Assembly (NCBI GenBank): GCA_054600435.1
Contig: BAAIJX010000027.1
Location: forward strand, 248,001-283,414
Origin: Neophaeotheca triangularis
Taxonomy: Eukaryota
Length of the DNA: 35,414 nt
Direction: 5' to 3'
Shown here: one piece after another, positions 29,797 to 35,414 of the stretch
Numbering within the stretch: position 1 is the first letter of the stretch
Layout of the letters: every line of letters begins with the position of its first letter
Position numbers and translations under genes: made by a program
The notes under the pieces: model-generated
Told to the model about the DNA's origin: nothing
The model's database searches: none
What the model saw: the letters and a program-made list of their open reading frames with translations, nothing else

Positions 29797-31768
29797 ATGT
29801 CAGCGGGCAACCCATTCCGGCGGTCCCAAGCCAGCAGACCAGCGGATGAAAGAACTTCGACGGCGCCGCAGCTGGACCTCGACACCAATCTGGGAAGAGA
29901 CGACGACGCTACTCGTAAGTCCCGCCTATAGGCCCATCGCAAGGCTGTACACGATGGCCGTCATGCGCAAGTGGTGGTTTGCACCTACTGACTACATCCC
30001 CCTCTCAGCGCCGCCGACCAAAACTACTAAACCGAAGAAGCGCGTTCAGATCCGGAGTCCGCCCGCTTCGCCCACGAGCCCTGATGAGCCGAGTAGACCT
30101 GGCATTGGGAGACGGCTGTCTGCTGGTAGGGATGGGTCGCCTCCACCCGCTGATACCCCGGCGGTGAGGGCGGACAATACCTATGAGCCCGTTGCGAACT
30201 CAAAGACGGGCATGGAACAGGAGGCTATGGAGAATATGCGGCGGAATACAGGAGGAATGGCGCAAGAGCCCGCGGCGCCGCCGAGACCTTCGGGTGCACC
30301 GCTTAACCCCTTTGCGCGCACGATGGCTTCCAGTGAGGCTGCTTTGGGGCGGGGGGGCTCCGGGGAGCAGGAGCAGGAAGCACAGTTGAGACCGCCGGGA
30401 GGGAGGGGGAGGATGGATGTCGATGCTTTTAAGAACATTCTCATGACTGGCAGTGCGACGCCTTCGCCGCCGGTTGACAAGGCTCCTGGCGCTGTTGCGC
30501 AGGCGGGTGTCCAGGACAATGGCAGCGGGACGGACACTTCTTCCGGCTCGAGACATTCGCTGTTTGATCCGACGATCGATTCTTTGCGCTCGCCCGATTC
30601 GCCCAGGGCATCTTTCGATCATGAGCATTCGTCCGGGGAGGATGATGATGATAATGAGCACGCGAACCTGGTGGGCAAGGCTGGTGCGCATGATTCGAGG
30701 TCTACGCAGCAGAAGCGCGGGAAAGCTGGAGGGTTGAGAGGACCGCAGACTGTGTCCTTTGCAGATTTTGACGAAACAATTCCTTCGCCGAAGACGCCCA
30801 CGGGCGAGCATCCGCCTTTTACTGCTACAATGCCGCCTTTGAGTAGGTCGACTAGCGACCTTAACAAGCCGCTTCCGCCACCGCCTGAAGACCGATCAAG
30901 TGTGGAGGTGGCTAGACCAGCTGTTCCGGATAAGGATGAGACGAATGTACAAAACGAGAACACAGAAACAGAAACCGAAGAGCAGAGGGGGGAATCTGAG
31001 CTACCTCCCGCAGCAGCTCAAACTGCAGATCTGGAGCCTCCATCATCGGCGAAAAAGCCACCTCCACCTCCACCAGCTTCAAGACGACAAGGCGCCCACA
31101 CACGCGCCAGAAGCAGCTCAAACCAAACCACAAACTCCGCCAACGAGGACGAAAGCCCCGACCCAGCCACAATAGCCCCAACAGTACCTAAACCCCCCAA
31201 CCCCCAACCAAGACAACCCCCCCGCCCCCCACCCTCGCGCCGAACACAAGCTCTAGCTTCTCCCTCTCCAAGCCCAGCTCTGGAAACTCCACCACCAACA
31301 GAAACCCCTCATCCCCCAACCCAGACTCCCGACGCCAACTCCCTCGCACCCCCGGAAGCCGCCCCTTCTCCCAGCCAACGCCCTAGCATGCCACCACCTC
31401 CAACCCCCCGTCGTAACCCCTCAAAAACCGGCTCCTTCACCCGCACCCCTAGTAACGCTTCCCACACTAGCGGCGCTTCCGTCTCCCTCAACAGTACGAG
31501 CGCCGCACCTCCCCCGCCCCCGCCGAGTCGACGCAGCAAACCGCTCTCCAGCGCCGCAGGCAGTAGTGACAGGCGGACGAGTAGTCAAAGCGAACGGCCT
31601 GAGTCAATTTCCGGAGAGAGGGCGGGCAGTTGGGGGAGTTTGCCTGTCGAGGGGGAAGGAGGGGGAGAGAGAGGGGGAGAGGCAAGTGGGCAGAAGGATA
31701 TTCTGGCTGATATTGCTGCTTTGCAGAGGGAGGTTGATGAGTTGAGGGCGAAGGCTGGAAAGAGCTGA
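29797..31768 (+). CDS. Uncharacterised proline-rich protein with two NPF motifs and a C-terminal coiled coil, 625 aa. Exons 29797-29914 and 30009-31768
   Basis: GACCATGT start gives MSAGNPFRRS. Intron 29915-30008 (GTAAGT...ACTGAC...CAG) restores the long frame. Motifs LNPFAR, MDVDAFKNILMTG, LNKPLPPPP, several PPPxxRR and DILADIAALQREVDELRAK. Confidence 0.8.
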
Positions 31769-32504
31769 ATTGCGAGGGAGGGGAGTGCGGATGGCTTGGG
31801 ATGGGGTGGTCTGGGTCAGGCTTTTTGGTGGTGTGGTGTGGCGGTTTCTGATACCCCTTCTTTTCTTCAATTTGACAGGATGGATATATGTCGGGAGGGT
31901 TTGGAAGGTCGTCTGAAGAGGGAAGATGATTTGTTTGGTACACGAATACCCGCGGTTTCAATTCAGCGTGGGGTTTTGTCGAGAATTGAGCGTATTTGAC
32001 GTAGGTTCTTCTTTCAGACTTTACCGCCAGCAGCAGAATAAACGATGCCGCATGTGTCGGCCATGTGCCAACACGGCCCTCGACTGCCGATGGCACCTTT
32101 CAAATGCTCAGATACCTACGACATGTCGTTGCTCTTTACCAACCTGGAACTATTTGGCGAAAAAAGTGTGGGGAAACGACCGAAACCCGCACTTTGCGCG
32201 CGGGGTTTGTTGGGGTTTTTGTCTGGGGTTTGCAGACGCCCCCCCCCTTTCTCGTCCATCTGATGCTTAGGTAGGTACCTTACCTTACCGTATAGAGAAA
32301 TAGTAACCCTTGTCTAAAGGCTTCATCCAGCACGTAGGTATAGATATGCGCCTACTCCCAGCGTTTTTCCTTCCGCTCTTCTTCCACTGTCCCTGCCCTT
32401 CCCCTTCCTTCTTTCTAGCTAAGCACTCTTCCTGATATCTATTCCTCTCCCTGCCCTCTCTGTCTCTCTCTATCTCTCTCTTCCATCCCCTCACCTCAGC
32501 AACC

Positions 32505-34725
32505 ATGGACACCCACATCGCCGACGCCAAGCTCAAAGAGCTCCACGTCGAAGAAACTACAGTCAGCGCCAACGACCGCCGCGCCGCGCGATACGGGATC
32601 GACGCCGTCGCCGAGAAGAAGCTGCTGCGTAAAGTCGATCTCTTGGTGATCCCGCTCTTATGGTTCTTCTTTATGCTTTCGTTCTTGGACCGGACTAATA
32701 TCGGTAAGATTGCACAGTTCCACGGAAGAAAGAAAATGCAGAGAGGTTTGTGCTAAAAGTGCGCCGCTGCCAGGGAACGCGAAAATCCAAGGTCTGGAGG
32801 ACGAGTTGGGGATGAGTGGCAATGACTACAACATCGCGCTTTTCATCTTCTTTCCGCCGTGAGTGCTGAACTCGAGGGAAGGGGGAAGGGCCTTCACGGG
32901 GGAGGATCTTTCTCGCTGACGGTCGTACTTCTGTGTCTAGCTACATTCTTTTCGAGGTCCCCAGCAATGTTCTTATCAAGCGCATGCGCCCTTCGACTTG
33001 GTTGTCGTTGATTATGGTGCTTTGGGGTATCGCTACTGTGGCTCAGGGGCTTGTGACGAATCGGGCTGGGTTGATAGGGTGTAGGTTTATGTTGGGGATG
33101 TTTGAGGCGGGCTTTTTCCCGGTGAGTGTAGTTCTTTGTTGGTGGTCTCGGTCGTTTGATTTTAGTGGAACGTGTGGATTGGCCGACGTCGAGAGAGAGG
33201 ACAGAATGGCGAGAAAGGGTGTTTGGATGCGTTACCACCGGAACCGAGGCTTACTGACCAATTTTACGCAGGGCTGCACCTACTTGATCTCGTGAGTTCC
33301 CAGAGAGCAGATTTTTGGCTGGTGATAGTGGTACGCTGACCCGGATCCATTTTGTAGTATGTGGTACAAACGCTACGAACTACAATGGCGTTTCAACCTC
33401 TTCTTCTCCGGCGCGATTCTCGCAGGAAGCTTCAGTGGCTTACTAGCGTTCGCGCTCGCTAAGATGGATGGCATCGGGGGATACAGCGGATGGCGATGGT
33501 ACGTACGAAGCCAAAGAGAACCAGGGGCAACAGGAAAACGCTAATTAATGTTATCAGGATTTTCATCATCGAGGTACCATTTCTCGTTCGTCCGCTTCAT
33601 GTGCAGCCGGGCTGACTCTGTTTGAACTAGGGTCTTTTCACAATCGTTTGCGCCATCGGAGGCAAATTCCTCCTACCCGACTGGCCCGAGACGAGCAAGT
33701 TCCTGACGGAAGAGGAGCGCGAACTGCTCGTCGCCAGGCTCGCGCAAGATGTAGGAGATGCGAAGATGAACAGGCTCGACAAGCCGGCCATGAAGCGCAT
33801 CTTCACAGACTGGAAGATCTATTGCGGTATCTTGATGTACTTTGGCATTGTGAATACCGGTTATTCCACTTCTGTAGGCTCACAGCGACTTGTCCTCGGC
33901 CGGCGTGAAAAGATCATTGGATTTACTGACACGATGCAGTTCTTCACCCCAGTCATCATCCAACAATTGGGCTTCACGGCCTCCGCCGCTCAGGTCCGCA
34001 CGATCCCGGTCTTCAGTGCGTTCTCCCAATTACTCGGCACTGCATCAACATTCAAACTAACCACCCCCATCTCTCTCCCACAGTCGTAGCAACCTTCTTC
34101 TCCCTCCTGACAGCCTGGCTGACCGACCGCCTCCGCCACCGCTACAGCTTCTGCATTGCGGGAATCTGCACGTCCACAGTCGGCTACGTCCTACTGCTCA
34201 ACCAAGCCAGCCTCTCCGTAGGCGTCCAATACTTTGCAATCTTCGTCATCGTGAGCGGCTGCTACGTCTGCCAGCCCATCACTCTCGCCTGGGTCAACAA
34301 CAACATGGGCGGGCATTACAAACGCTCAGTCTCGTCAGCCATGATGGTAAGTCGCACCCCCACCCCTTGTCCCAAAAGCCGCCGCGAGCAAGCAACGCAC
34401 TCACCCCGTCCCACACCACCACAAACCCACCGCCACCAAACCCACTGACACCTTCACCCCACCACCCCCTCAGGCCGGTTTCGGCAACTGCGGCGGCCTG
34501 GTCGCCAGCAACGTCTTCCTCTCCTCCGAAGTGCCCGGCTACGTGACGGGCTACTCGGTCGGACTGGCTCTCATCTGGGTTTGCGCAATCGCCTGCACCG
34601 CGCTGCTCTGGGGCGTGCGCAGGGAGAATCGGAAACGCGACCGCGGCGAGCGGGATCATTTGCTGGAGCATGCGGATGAAGATAATCTTGGGGACGATCA
34701 TCCGCGGTTTAGGTTTACTTATTAA
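32505..34725 (+). CDS. MFS transporter, anion:cation symporter (Tna1/Dal5-like) family, 491 aa. Exons 32505-32703, 32774-32858, 32941-33121, 33272-33291, 33358-33498, 33558-33573, 33631-33873, 33940-34015, 34084-34346 and 34474-34725
   Basis: EKKLLRKVDL...SFLDRTNIGNAKI, YILFEVPSN, RFMLGMFEAGFFPGC..LISMWYKRYELQWR, GYSGWRWIFIIEG, PDWPE..FLTEEER, WVNNNMGGHYKR and LGDDHPRFRFTY. Nine GT-AG introns; exons sum to 1476 nt. Substrate cannot be determined from sequence. Confidence 0.92.
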
Positions 34726-35292
34726 AGGAGGCGGGGAGGGGGGGGTGCTTTCTTTTATTTTTTTGGGGGGTGGGGGGCGACGGCGGCGGCTGGTGGTGTT
34801 AGGGGTTTGTCAGGTGGTGGGTGTTACTTGGGGGCCAGTTGGGTAGTGGGACATGACAGAGGGTGAATTTTGCGACGTCGAGACTGCCCTTTTTTTTTCT
34901 TCTTTTTTCCATCAAGGTTTCATTCCCCCCTTTTTGATGCTCACGGTCGGTGCGGGATTTTGGAGGGGTCTCGCGCTCGGCAGCTGGTGTCAGGAGATTG
35001 CCAGTCAGGAGATGTCGCGAACTGGGGGTGGAGCAAGATGGATCGGTCCCAGACCCACTTGTATACGAGCGCTCGATGTTGGGAGTTGGATAGCAATAAT
35101 GGGATCTTTTTTTTTTCTTGAAGATTGCTGTGGGGGCGCTCAAGGAAGCCCTATTGTTTCACGGACTGCGGGCGGAGAAGAATGTCTTTACTTTGGCATC
35201 GTGGATGTGTCGTGGCCGTGCACATTCTTCAGGGTGTGGGTTTTGTATTACGGTTATGAGTCGTGATCCCACTTGAGCACGAACAGCCAAGG

Positions 35293-35296
<4 letters not shown>

Positions 35297-35326
<30 letters not shown>
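35297..35326. repeat. Poly(T)30 homopolymer in an AT-rich flank
   Basis: Direct reading of the sequence. Confidence 0.95.
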
Positions 35327-35328
<2 letters not shown>

Positions 35329-35414
35329 TATTTGGGTTTAGTGGTTTGGGTGTTTAAAAAAAATAATAAACAAAACGGGCAAAGAAAAATAGGTTAATTA
35401 GAGGCAACAATTGT

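Noticed and set aside
29705..30008. ORF-track N-terminus (MYNEKEY...) of the proline-rich protein
   Set aside because: It starts at a non-ATG codon and runs through a clear intron. The spliced model from ATG 29797 is better supported.
34799..35414. Short ORFs and poly(T) at the window end as a retroelement tail
   Set aside because: No transposon coding remnant or target-site duplication is visible. It looks like low-complexity 3' flank.

Overview
Gene-dense eukaryotic genomic DNA from a filamentous ascomycete. Introns are short GT-AG type with CTRAY branch sites; a Dothideomycete origin is my impression only. I can support 15 protein-coding genes, with splice models read by hand and checked for frame: a 5'-truncated NRT2/NrtA nitrate transporter, a UCH37/BAP1-type deubiquitinase, POM152, MIC26/27 (ApoO), a YMC1-type mitochondrial carrier, a 3-exon 54-aa cationic micro-protein missed by the ORF track, HOP2, RBA50, HPC2, an ~875-aa unknown protein (probably mitochondrial), MRP4/uS2m, UTP6, CWH43, a 625-aa NPF/proline-rich unknown protein, and a 10-exon ACS-family MFS permease. 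I saw no transposon, tRNA, rRNA or CRISPR. The most unusual signal is a ~420-nt element at 8343-8756 between the convergent POM152 and MIC26 genes. It folds into a long ungapped closing helix (31 of 38 positions paired) enclosing four hairpins, and matches no RNA family motif I can recognise. Other leads are the micro-protein gene, a ~150-aa basic insertion in the UCH active-site loop, a 745-nt AUG-free structured leader before HPC2, and a second foldable intergenic segment at 24248-24401.
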